From the NCBI GenBank assembly GCA_020137815.1, contig CM035357.1, positions 1,798,001-1,862,000 of the forward strand: a stretch of DNA of 64,000 nt, read 5' to 3'. The stretch comes from Hormiphora californensis (taxonomy: Eukaryota > Animalia > Ctenophora). Below, piece by piece: positions 1 through 14,935 of the stretch (the stretch's first letter is position 1; each line of letters starts with the position of its first letter). A model generated the notes under the pieces. The model saw nothing but the letters and a program-made list of their open reading frames with translations. It ran no database searches and was not told the DNA's origin. Made by a program: the position numbers and the translations under genes.

Positions 1-118
1 CGATGAGGGAGGGTCTAGCAAGACAAATCTGAAATCTCCCCTATTTCCCCCGCTTACTAACTTTCTCTCCCTCCTCACCTATTAATATCTTATCCACCTC
101 TAGCAAGTCCCTGAAGAA

Positions 119-953
119 ATGTCCTCTCCCAGTATCTGTGAAGTAGGTAGCCGCCTCGTCCAGGAGTACACCACTAAAACTCCCCAGAAACTGAAACTTA
201 TCGATGCCTATTTGGGGTAAGTACACTTGAATCCCTGGACCGCAAAGTTGTTTTGGGAGTTGGAAGAAGGTCGGAAGAGGGCGGTGTTAGAAAAGACCTA
301 AAATATATATGGTGGGGATAGAACCAGAAAAGGACAACGCATCATTCTAAGAACGGGTCGGTTTAATTAACCCATTATCTTCCCCTCCCACAGATACATC
401 ATGGTAACAGGAATTATCCAGTTTATCTACTGTTGTCTAGTCGGTACTTTCCCCTTCAACTCCTTCCTATCTGGCTTCATCTCAACTGTGGCCAGCTTCA
501 TTCTTGGAGGTAAGTTTTTAGATAAATCCTGGTTTTGCCACGACTATCACTGATAGTTGATACCTTTCCCGAAAACATCTTCAATTATCCATAAAGTCCA
601 TATTTTTTCAATTGTTCCCCCAAACTCATGAAATTGTGAAATTTGAAGTTTTGTTGTGCACACCACACGTTAACATGTAATAAGCGTGCAAAACAAATCT
701 GCACACTAATTTAGGGGGGAACAGTTGAAAAAAATGGAGAATACTTCAATTTATAGCTTTACTTTAGTTCTAAATTTTTTAACCAAATCTCCCTCCACTA
801 AACAAATCTCCCTCCACTTCAGTATGTCTGAGGATCCAGGTGAATCCCGCCAACAACATCGTCTTCAAGGACATCTCAGTGGAGAGGGCCTTTGCTGATT
901 TTATCTTTGCTCATGGTGTCCTGCATCTAGTTGTCCTCAACTTCATCGGTTAA
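119..953 (+). CDS. DAD1: Defender against cell death 1 (oligosaccharyltransferase subunit); exons 119-216, 394-509, 823-953
   Basis: Spliced translation [80 protein letters not shown]...[23 protein letters not shown]; GT-AG introns keep the frame. Confidence 0.97.
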
Positions 954-1354
954 TTATCGGTTAACTATCGGTTAACTATCGGTTAATTATCGGAGATAAT
1001 ATCTTAGAGCCTGGACTATCTCCTTGGGGAAAGAGTTGAACTCTCTCAGAGCATTTATTTTTATTTTGCCATATAATTTAAAGTTGACAGTTATAAAGTA
1101 TGTGTATGAACGATTGCTTGTGATTGTCTTGAGAAGAAAACATGTTTGAGAAATTTCACTTGTTTCCATTCTTACACGTCCCACCCGGTATAAACTTTCA
1201 GAAAATCCCCCCCCCCTCATCATGGCGAACAAAACTATACCGAATCGGGTTGGTCTGATTTTGTTCGTTATGGCGGAGGGTTACCTACAAACAGCCCCGT
1301 CAACTCCTCTCCTCCAACACCCCATTCTAGTTACTCTCCTTCTCTTGTAGTACC

Positions 1355-2053
1355 ATGGTCATGTCAGAGGAAGGCCAGGGTTCAGATGACCAACCTCGAA
1401 AGAGACTAAAGTTCAGATGTTACAAACCGGCTGATGAAACACTGCAGGACCGGCAGGTAAGTTGTAACTATGATAACAATGTGGTAACCATGGTCACATT
1501 ATTGTGGGCTGGACGCTGTGGTTTGTCATTCAATTAACAGATTTGTGGCAATTATTGGGCCCGTATTGCATTGTGTTCCTCGACCCTTGCTGTATCTAAA
1601 TCCCTGGATTTTTATCGGTTTTGTTCCACTGATTCCCAAAATCTAAAGACCAGCCTTTCATCAGTATCAACTTTTTTTCCACCAGATTGCACCTGCCTCA
1701 TCTCTCTCGGTTGATTCTGAGGTGAAGAAGATAGTTGAAGAATCCAAGATAGCTGGTTCGGCAGAGATCGACCTCAACGCACTAGCTCCCAGGTAAAATT
1801 TGTACTTTACCTCTCTGAAAACTTCACGATCTAATCAGAATATATTATTCTATGAAGACCTATAGTGTATACTGTATAGTCCATACCATCATTTTCTAAT
1901 ACTATTTCTCCATATATTCCCAGAAAAGAGAACTGGGATCTGAAGAGGGATGTCGAGAAGAAACTGGCCAAGTTGGAGAAGAGAACAAAGAGATCCATGG
2001 CAGAGATGATTCGAGAGAAACTGAAATCAGAAAACTCACTTTCTGCTGATTGA
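1355..2053 (+). CDS. CCDC12: CCDC12/Cwf18 spliceosomal protein; exons 1355-1456, 1686-1792, 1924-2053
   Basis: LKFRCYKP motif and DLNALAPRKENWDLKRDVEKKLAKLEKRTKRSMAEMIREKL resemble the Cwf18 family; GT-AG introns. Confidence 0.92.
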
Positions 2054-2548
2054 TGTAACTTGATAGATATCTTCACCACCAAACTAAAACAATCTCTATT
2101 TAACGCCCGACACAGAAAGTATATATCTATTTTTATTTGTTTCCTATATCATTGACCGTTTTTATCCCATAAAGATTTGAGTTTTGGACCTTTTTGCCTC
2201 ACTCCTTTCTCTCCCCGAGCGATGATTTCTCTGTTCACTCTCGCCAACGCGGCCACTCTTTTCTTGAATGTGACGCGCCGTGGTTTCAATATGCGGGGAG
2301 TTCAAGTCGTCAGCACTCGACTGACGTATCTGGCTGTAACGCGAGCAAATGTAAACCGCGGCGCTCTCTGTTTCAGTTTTCAAGTCCGATTTATGAGTTT
2401 GATTCTGAGCTGTGCCTTGTGGTTTGTTGTGAGTTTGAGTTTTGATGGGGTTTTGCCACGTCGTTCACTGCTCAGGCCCTTGATCCGTCATTAAAAGCTC
2501 GAAGTGTACCCCAAAAATTAATCCCAACTCCCCGATTAGGTTTTTAGG

Positions 2549-3235
2549 ATGGAAGGAACAGTGCAGTTTGTTCAAACAACACGTGGAAACGATAAAATAT
2601 TCCGCGTTCTTCAATACTCCCTCCGATACTTCATCGCCAAAGGACTGACATGTCGTCAAATTAGCTCCCTAGAACATCACATCACATTAGCAAGGAAAAT
2701 AGCACGAACAACACGAGATTTTGAGTATTTTCAGAAAGGTTTGGTTGCCATTGGTAACCCAGATAAAATAGAGGCTGTTGGTAGAACGGTTGCAGCATTT
2801 GGGAAGTGTTGCTGGTTACTGACTGATCATATTGACCTGTTGTACCGGATAGGAGTGATGTCATCTAAATCGGGTAGCCCTGTATCAAAATGGTCGAAGA
2901 TATCGAACTGGTTGTGGTTGTTGGGTTATCTGGGTTCAATATTACTCTACCTTCGACAGCTTTCAATAGTCGAGGATCAAATACTTGAGGCACAGAGGAC
3001 GTTTATTGGAAATGGACTTGCCGAGTCAATTAATGAGGAAGAGACAGATGTACAGGTGGTAGAGCTGGACAAATTAAAAGAATTAAGATCCTCGATTTGG
3101 GTCGATGTGATACGAGAGTTATTGGACTGTGGAATTCCAGCGGGATCTCTGGGATTAATGTCAATGTCGAGTGGTAGTTTTGCTGGAGTTCTCTCTTCTT
3201 GTGTAGGAGCCTACCAAGTCAATAAATCTTTATAA
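2549..3235 (+). CDS. PEX11: Peroxisomal biogenesis factor 11, single exon
   Basis: 228-aa ORF with N-terminal GNDKIFRVLQY, ARKIAR, WLLTDHI and a C-terminal GVLSS hydrophobic segment typical of PEX11. Confidence 0.9.
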   Translation: MEGTVQFVQTTRGNDKIFRVLQYSLRYFIAKGLTCRQISSLEHHITLARKIARTTRDFEYFQKGLVAIGNPDKIEAVGRTVAAFGKCCWLLTDHIDLLYRIGVMSSKSGSPVSKWSKISNWLWLLGYLGSILLYLRQLSIVEDQILEAQRTFIGNGLAESINEEETDVQVVELDKLKELRSSIWVDVIRELLDCGIPAGSLGLMSMSSGSFAGVLSSCVGAYQVNKSL

Positions 3236-3728
3236 AATATTATGTTAATTTACTTTTGCTAGGTTTTGTGAATAAGATTTGTTGAATATATATTCTTTGT
3301 GACGTTTTCTGAGTTGTAGAGTTTTCCAAATTACTCCATTTATATGCAATGGTTTTATCTGTGGGTTGTTGTTATCTTGACATACGTAACTGGAAACCTG
3401 GACTTATCAGCTGCTGAGGTGGACCTCTGCAGTCTCTCCTCAAAAGTGTATTTTATAGTTTTATTCCCCCCTCCCCCGCCACTGCAACTTCCCTCTGACC
3501 ACCGGCACCCTGAATATATGTGTTATTTGTAGCTCCCGTTTACCAACCAATATACTAGATATTTTAACCAATCTACAGATATTGAACTGTACACAGTGTG
3601 ATGGTACCAAATATCTCGATATTTGGTGCCATCACACTGTGTTCCTGCTCTCGCCTCCTGACTAGACGATTGAGCTCTCTCCACTGTTTGTACTAACTCA
3701 CTCTCTATTTATAGCAAAGTGAGGCAAA

Positions 3729-6700
3729 ATGAGTATCCAGTGGGTTCTTGTTTCAGGGTTCCTCTACTCGGAGATTGCCCTGGCCCTTCTCCTTTCTCTT
3801 CCTTTCATCTCTGCCAAGAGGTTAGTTGTAATGAGAGATTGCCCTTCTCCTTTCCCTTCCTTTCATCTCTGCCAAGAGGTTAGTTGTAATGAGAGATTGT
3901 CCTGGTCCTTCTCCTTTCCCTTCCTTTCATCTCTGCCAAGAGGTTAGTTGTAATGAGAGATTGCCCTTTTCCTTCTCCTTTCCCTTCCCTTCATCTCTGC
4001 CAAGAGGTTAGTTGTAATGAGAGATTGCCCTTCTCCTTTCTCTTCCTTTCATCTCTGCCAAGAGGTTAGTTGTAATGAGAGATTGCCTTGGCCCTTCTCC
4101 TTTCCCTTCCTTTCATCTCTGCCAAGAGGTTAGTTGTAATGAGAGATTGCCCTGGCCCTTCTCCTTTCTCTTCCTTTCATCTCTGCCAAGAGGTTAGTTG
4201 TAATGAGAGATTGCCAAGAGGTTAGTTGTAATGAGAGATTGGCCTGGCCCTTCTCCTTTCCCTTCCTTTCATCTCTGCCAAGAGGTTAGTTGTAATGAGA
4301 GATTGCCCTGGCTCTTCTCCTTTCCCTTCCTTTCATCTCTGCCAAGAGGTTAGTTGTAATGAGAGATTGCCAAGAGGTTAGTTGTAATGAGAGATTGCCC
4401 TGGCCCTGCTCCTTTCTCTTCCTTTCATCTCTGCCAAGAGGTTAGTATTGTCAATACCCAATTGAGAGATTGAATGAAGATTGCCCTTATTATTATTATT
4501 GTGCTCGGCAACTTGATCTTGAGAGAAGGATGCTTTTGATTTGCTGGTGACAGTCAATTCGAAATATGACAGTCACGTCTGTAAATTGAGACAAGAATTC
4601 GTGAGAATTGTACACTGACTCTAAAAATAGAAAAACACCTCTTTATGCCTAATAAGTATGTCCTACTACTACATGAGATATCTATCCCCCCTCCCAGATT
4701 TAATGTATCTTGAAACTATGAGTTGAGGTTGTATTGTTCATACTCGGCGCGGGGGAGGTGCAACAGCACAAAGTTGAGGGGGAGGAGTGTTTAACTAACA
4801 ATTCCTCTTTCCCATGTGTGGTTGTATTAACTGTACCTGAGTTACACTGTGGTACAAGAGTGTTAACAATTTCCCATTTCCCAGGTGGCACAGGATCTTC
4901 AACTCTTCCTTTATAGCTCATATTTCCCATATGTACAGACTACAGTGTAACTGTAACTGAGTTACACTTGTACTACTCTAGTCCACGTGTGTTTAAACAA
5001 CACTTTTCCCTTTCCCAGGTGGCACAGGATCTTCAATTCATCCTTTATAGCCCTGGTGACGGCGTATGTTAATTGGATATTTGTATGTTTCCTGTCTTGT
5101 CTGGTCGTCCTTTTCGCGGGTAAGATATTGTCAGATAATATTATCTCCTTCTAAGTTCTAATTAGATATCTTCCCTTTTGCCCTGAATATTTCCCCACCA
5201 TCAAGATGTATCTCCACTTCCACTCCAAAGTCAGAGGGGTCCTCTCATCCCGATTATATAGCCCCATTATTGTCTCACATGAGAAACAACGATTTTGCAG
5301 TACTAATATTCAATTAAGAACAGGAGCTTTCGACTGATCTATGTCAGACGTCTTAATCTATTGAATTCTTGCTGTGACCTCATATTTTTGGGGGGCAAGC
5401 TAATTCCTTCATTGAATGGTAGCTAGGGACCTCCTGAAACACCAAAAAAAAGTTTACAGCCCTACTCGTTGGGGGGAGGTCATTTCCGGGCCACGCCCTT
5501 TTTAATAAAAAGTGTAACTATCCTTAGGAAAGGAGTAGAGACAAAATTAAGGGCACCAAAATGTTCAGCGTCCTCGCATTAGTGGGGGTAGGTGCCGGAA
5601 TTAAGTCTCTATCTCATCTGGTTAATTAGATAATTGGATAATTAGGTATGCACACAGCCGTTTGAGGGCCATATGGCTATAGCCATGTTAGGAACGGAGT
5701 AGAGACAAAATCAAGGGCATTAAAATAATCAGCGTCCTCGAATTAGTGGGGGTAGGTGCTGAAATTAAGTCTCTATCTCATCTGGTTAATTAGATAATTG
5801 GATAATTAGGTTTGCACATAACCGTTTTTTGGATATATGGCTATAGCCACTTAGGAATGGTTTCGAGACTTTTCACTGGTGCCATTTTGTTCAGAAGAAA
5901 ATTTTAATCTAAGAGTTGTGGAAAAATTTAGGCCCTATCTCTTACCGTTTTGGCGTTATTTGCGGTCAAAGTAGGCCAATTTACTCAATTTTTGGCATTT
6001 TCGGCCAATTTTCCCCCATTTTTTGGCATTTTCGGCTGATTTGACGTTCTTTGACCGCAAATAACGCCAAAACGGTAAGAGATAGGGCCTAAATTTTTCC
6101 ACAACTCTTAGATTAAAATTTTCTTCTGAACAAAATGGCACCAGTGAAAAGTCTCTAAACCATTCCTAAGTGGTTATAGCCATATAGCCAAAAAACGGTT
6201 ATGTGCAAACCTAATTATCCAATTATCTAATTAACCAGATGAGATAGAGACTTAATTTCAGCACCTACCCCCACTAATTCGAGGACGCTGATCATTTTAA
6301 TGCCCTTGATTTTGTCTCTACTCCGTTCCTAACATGGCTATAGCCATATGGCCCTCAAACGGCTATGCGCATACCTAATTATCCAATTATCTAATTAACC
6401 AGATGAGATAGAGACTTAATTCCGGCACCTACCCCCACTAATGCGAGGACGCTGAACATTTTGGTGCCCTTAATTTTGTCTCTACTCCTTTCCTAAGGAT
6501 AGTTACACTTTTTATTAAAAAGGGCGTGGCCCGGAAATGACCTCCCCCCAACGAGTAGGGCTGTAAACTTTTTTTGGTGTTTCAGGAGGTCCCTAGCTAC
6601 CATTTAGTGAAGGAATTAGCTTGCCCCCCAAAAATATGAGGTCAAGCCGTATTTGACAAGAATTCAATAGATTATCTTCAGCTATGTCCCTCCTTTACAG

Positions 6701-8592
6701 ATTCGATCAGGGAGATGTACGTGTATACGGGTCAGGACAAGAAACTGGACATGGGAAGTGCGGCTGCTCCTTCTGCCCAGGAACATGTGTTGATGAGACT
6801 CTTCAGGGCCCAGAGAAACTTTTATATCACCGGAATCTCTCTCTTCCTCCTCATGTAGGTTGTTGAGTTAGAATAGGAATTTACTAGTACGTCAGGTTTG
6901 CCTGGGAATTGAACCAGGGACCTCCAGAGAGACATGCTCAGAGCTATAAACCACTAAGCTACCAAACCCTATGTACTGATCGCAGGTTTGCTGTATAATA
7001 AATTTGATTTTGAGGGCCACAGTTGAGTTTTTAAGTATTCAATGCTCTTTCATCTTTGATTATTTTATGGCTTTGAATGACATGGATGTAACACTATCAA
7101 TTAATTTCCCTCCCAGTGTGCTAAGGACTATGCTGAGTCGAGTTAGCAACATTAATTCCCTTCTCCCAGTGTGCTAAGGACCATGCTGAGTCGAGTTAGC
7201 AACATTAATTTCCCTTCTCCCAGTGTGCTAAGGACCATGCTGAGTCGAGTTAGCAACATTAATTCCCTTCTCCCAGTGTGCTAAGGACCATGCTGAGTCG
7301 AGTTAGCAACATTAATTTCCCTTCTCCCAGTGTGCTAAGGACCATGCTGAGTCGAGTTAGCAACATTGCCAAACTGGAGGCTAACAATGAAGCTATCCAC
7401 AAACAGGCTGTCTCTGCTGGAACTATGAACAAAACTCTACTCGAGGAGAACTCTGCTCTGAAAAAGGTACATTATACCGACCGAATCAGGAAATACTGGT
7501 CCCTGATTGGCTGATAACCAATCACGTGACCTAAATAACGAGTTCTGATTGGTTGTTTACTTGTTTCGGTCGGTTCCTAAGGTACATTATATTATATAGC
7601 AAGCTAGGTCTGACATTTGGTTGTATGAAGTCAGCCCTATTATAGGCATGATACATCTGGAGATTGTCTTCCATTTTTCTTGCTTCACAAATAAAAAAGT
7701 GCCCTCTCTGCACCGAACGTAGCTACGGCGAAGACACAGTCATGTAGTATGACATTTATTTAACGGTCACATCCCTTATTAATTCCCAATTATTTAACGG
7801 TCACATCCCTTATTAATTCCCAATTATTTAACGGTCACATCCCTTATTAATTCCCAATTATTTAACGATCACATCCCTTCAGCTGAGCGCTGGCAAGGAG
7901 GAACTACTTGAAGAGGTAAAGAAGATCGAAGAACTGAAGGATGCTGTCAAGGCCGCAGAAAGGAGTAAGTTCTGTTCACTGTTCAGATCTGTATCAGCAG
8001 TTCTGCATTTTATTTACTGTTCAGATCTGTGGATTTGCTGTTTTATATCCCTTGCCTTAGGGAGAGGGTCGATCAAGACAAATGTATATTATACCCCGGA
8101 CCCCCGTTAACCTTTTTTTACAAAAGACTCCCCTCCGAACTGAGATGGTGCTAAAATTCAGTCGTACAGTATTTATATCTGGTAACGAAATTACCAACAT
8201 TTAACCTGGTACATATATCTCTAACCAACAATTCCCTCATCTTTTGCAGAAGCGGAAACTAGCAAGGCTGATGCTGATGCGATGAGGAAACAGAGTGAGA
8301 ATCTCACCATGGAGTATGATCGTCTCCTGATTGAGCACCAGAAGCTCCAGGTAACTGAGATATTGATAATTGGTTTCCCGTTAGAGATTCCATGAAACAT
8401 GTGTTGCGTCCTAAATACAGTTGCATTATTTCGTTGTATAGAAATATTGGATTGTTAAATGTTTTGGATATGTTTCTATATGAGGTCTGGGCAGGTCAGC
8501 AGTTAGTCGGATGTATTCAAGATCGGGAATTAAGACTAATGCTTATACCATTTCAGGACGCTTGTATGCCGACAGACAAGAAATCTGAGTAA
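3729..8592 (+). CDS. BCAP31: BAP31/BAP29 ER membrane protein; exons 3729-3820, 5019-5119, 6701-6854, 7331-7466, 7883-7964, 8250-8350, 8557-8592
   Basis: MSIQWVLVSGFLYSEI...PFISAKRW, FADSIREM, MRLFRAQRNFYITG, MRKQSENLTMEYDRLL and C-terminal KKSE (KKxx ER retrieval). Confidence 0.95.
3772..4445 (+). repeat. Tandem array of the BCAP31 exon-1 end plus donor (12 copies of ccaagag|gttag)
   Basis: Unit of about 58-64 nt, gagattgccctggcccttctcctttc(t/c)cttcctttcatctctgccaagaggttagttgtaatga, plus two short 28-nt units. Confidence 0.95.
5356..6672. mobile_element. 1.3-kb fold-back (non-autonomous DNA transposon) in BCAP31 intron 2
   Basis: Arms of about 600 bp are near-perfect reverse complements (atctattgaattcttg...caagaattcaatagat), flanked by TA; each arm contains an internal direct duplication of about 170 bp. 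Confidence 0.88.
6894..6969 (-). pseudogene. tRNA-like / tRNA-derived SINE head in BCAP31 intron 3
   Basis: Reverse strand GGGTTTGGTAGCTTAGTGGTTTATAGCT...CCTGGTTCAATTCCCAGGCAAACCT has A-box, B-box, acceptor-like and T stems, but a poor anticodon arm. Confidence 0.5.
7098..7367 (+). repeat. Five tandem copies (53-54 nt) of the BCAP31 exon-4 acceptor plus exon start
   Basis: ttaat(t)tcccttctcccag|tgtgctaaggaccatgctgagtcgagttagcaaca repeated five times. Confidence 0.95.
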
Positions 8593-9044
8593 ATGATGGC
8601 TGATGGGGTGCTTGCATTACCAAGAATCTTGCTATTCCAGCTGGTCACATAAACAGCTCGCTCACTTTGTGCAGTTTCGATTGAGCTCAATGAGCCACGT
8701 TTTTATTTGTTAGATTTAGGCATTTTTTTCTCTATCAAAATTCTCATTATACACTTTTTTCGTTTCTGATTATGTTTCAAACAAAACTTACCACCGTCTT
8801 TTTCTTGGTTGGAGACATGACATGATTAGGTCACCAAACTGAAGCTCCAGAAAATTCCAGTCCGGTTGGTGAGGTGGCACCTGGCTCTTCTTTACCTAAC
8901 TTGACGAGCTGCGGCGGCTAAAAAAATGTAGCCCGCTCGGCGCGAAATTTTGTAACGCGCAAATAATACCCGCGCGGTTACTTGGTCTTATCTGCGCGCA
9001 CGGACTTTTCGGAATTGGAGATAAGAGTTTCTTCCGAAGCTGAA

Positions 9045-9300
9045 GGGCGCCGTTACGATCTGGGTGTTTGGAGGCCTGTTTACAGGTGCGCGCTGCGGGC
9101 TGCCAAAAAAAGTTGATTCACTAAAGTGGCTCTAACCGCCAAACCACTCAACCGTTTTGGCTGATTCAAAGTTTATCTGGTAGGGAATGTCAAGGCCTAA
9201 CCCCAACCCAAACCCCCAACCCTAACCCTAACCCTACTTTAGCCCTAACCCTAAAAAACCGTTTGTCAGCACTCCCAAAACACCCAGATTTTAACGCTGG
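9045..9300. mobile_element. Short insertion with subterminal inverted repeats and internal telomere-like (CCCTAA)n
   Basis: ccgaagctgaag duplicated at 9033-9044 and 9301-9312; cgttacgatctgggtgttt pairs with aaacacccagattttaacg; CCCTAA-type units at 9196-9253. Confidence 0.6.
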
Positions 9301-9543
9301 CCGAAGCTGAAGTTCTCAAAATTTTGAAATTTGAATCGCTTTCCTGTCTGTTGGTCCAAACTCCAACATATTTATTCTTTTCTAAGAGTAATGATTTGAT
9401 TGTTGCCTTTTAACCATTCGTGACTATTTATCAGTCGATTGAAAACCGAAATCGACTCAATGACAATAAGACCGTTACCTCCCCGCAAGTCGCAACAATT
9501 TATTTATCATCGTTTTTAGGATTATGTAAAGTTAAATAATACT

Positions 9544-13843
<4,300 letters not shown>

Positions 13844-14759
13844 GGAAATCCGACACAACTCACGTCACTACAATGGAAGATGCATTTGCATGTGCCAGGA
13901 AGGAAAATATATCTATCTCTTATTAAGAACTGTTTTTTGTACGATTTTAAAGAACTTTCGACTCAACATAAAATTATACTTTTCAATCGATGATGATTAA
14001 ATCTGGGTTACGTAGATATCTCTCTCTTTGTTCCCCCGTTCTCTTAATTCGTGTGTCTTGTTTTCGGTTTGATTTTAGTTTTATAATCCCATTTTAACAA
14101 GCGAAAGTGTTTTATTTCAATGTAATAATAGTAGCATTTTATTATTTAGTAGCTGAACATGCATACTCGGAGAACAGCTCAATTGGGCTAGCTACTCAAA
14201 GAAGCTGGGTCATATCTTTAGTCCCTTGTTTTCCCCATTCCTTGTGTGTATCAGTAATATGATAAAAAGGCACCCCGATACTGACATTCGATACCAAAAA
14301 AGCAAACACTCAGTGCAACACTCAAATTGTGTTCCTACCTGAAAAACTGCTCAATGTGTTTGTGTGGTAACGCGCGGGAACAAAATGGTTGACAGCGGCG
14401 CGCGAGAAGGGTCTACCTAGACGGGGTTCAAAACACTGGATCAGATGCCCCCCTTCATGCTGTCTGGTGACCCCATTTGAGCACACTGTCAAATGGGGGT
14501 ATGGCGCCACCAAACAGCCCTCATAAGTCTTGACGTCCCAGTACTTTTAACTTGGACTCTGGGACGGTCCAATATATAGTGTGGTGTTTTATACAACCCA
14601 GAACTCGAAATAGGTCGAAGAGATTAGAGAACCAAAACACAGGGCTTATAAAACATGAAATAATGTGCGTCGAATAAGTACTACAAGAATAAGATACAAG
14701 ATCCCGAACAACCAAAAACAAAAAATAAATACACTTTTTATCCACAAGAATGTGATAAC

Positions 14760-14872
14760 CAGGAACCGACCGAAACAAGTAAACAACCGGCCAATCAGAA
14801 CTAGTTATTTAGGTCACGTGACTGGTTATCAGCCAATCAGGGGCCAGTATTTCCTGATTCGGTCGGTTCCTG
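14760..14872. mobile_element. About 110-bp hAT-like MITE, CAGGAACCGACCGAA...TTCGGTCGGTTCCTG (representative; about 12 copies)
   Basis: Terminal inverted repeats; 8-bp target duplications at other copies (tatcaaac at 30874-30985, taggaaag at 34950-35058, gtaac(g/a)aa at 26886-26993); more copies near 7477, 27467, 27925, 30631, 31175, 32050, 51140, 63383. Confidence 0.9.
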
Positions 14873-14935
14873 GAATGTGATAACTAAACAAAATATTGAG
14901 TTAACGTATTATTTACAATAATCAGTATCCCTTGA

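Noticed and set aside
9196-9253. True telomere or chromosome fusion point
   Set aside because: Short, degenerate, single orientation and enclosed in a repeat-bounded insertion
14760-14872. ER-stress element (CCAAT-N9-CCACG) in the hAT-like MITE
   Set aside because: Spacing and sequence do not fit ERSE or ERSE-II
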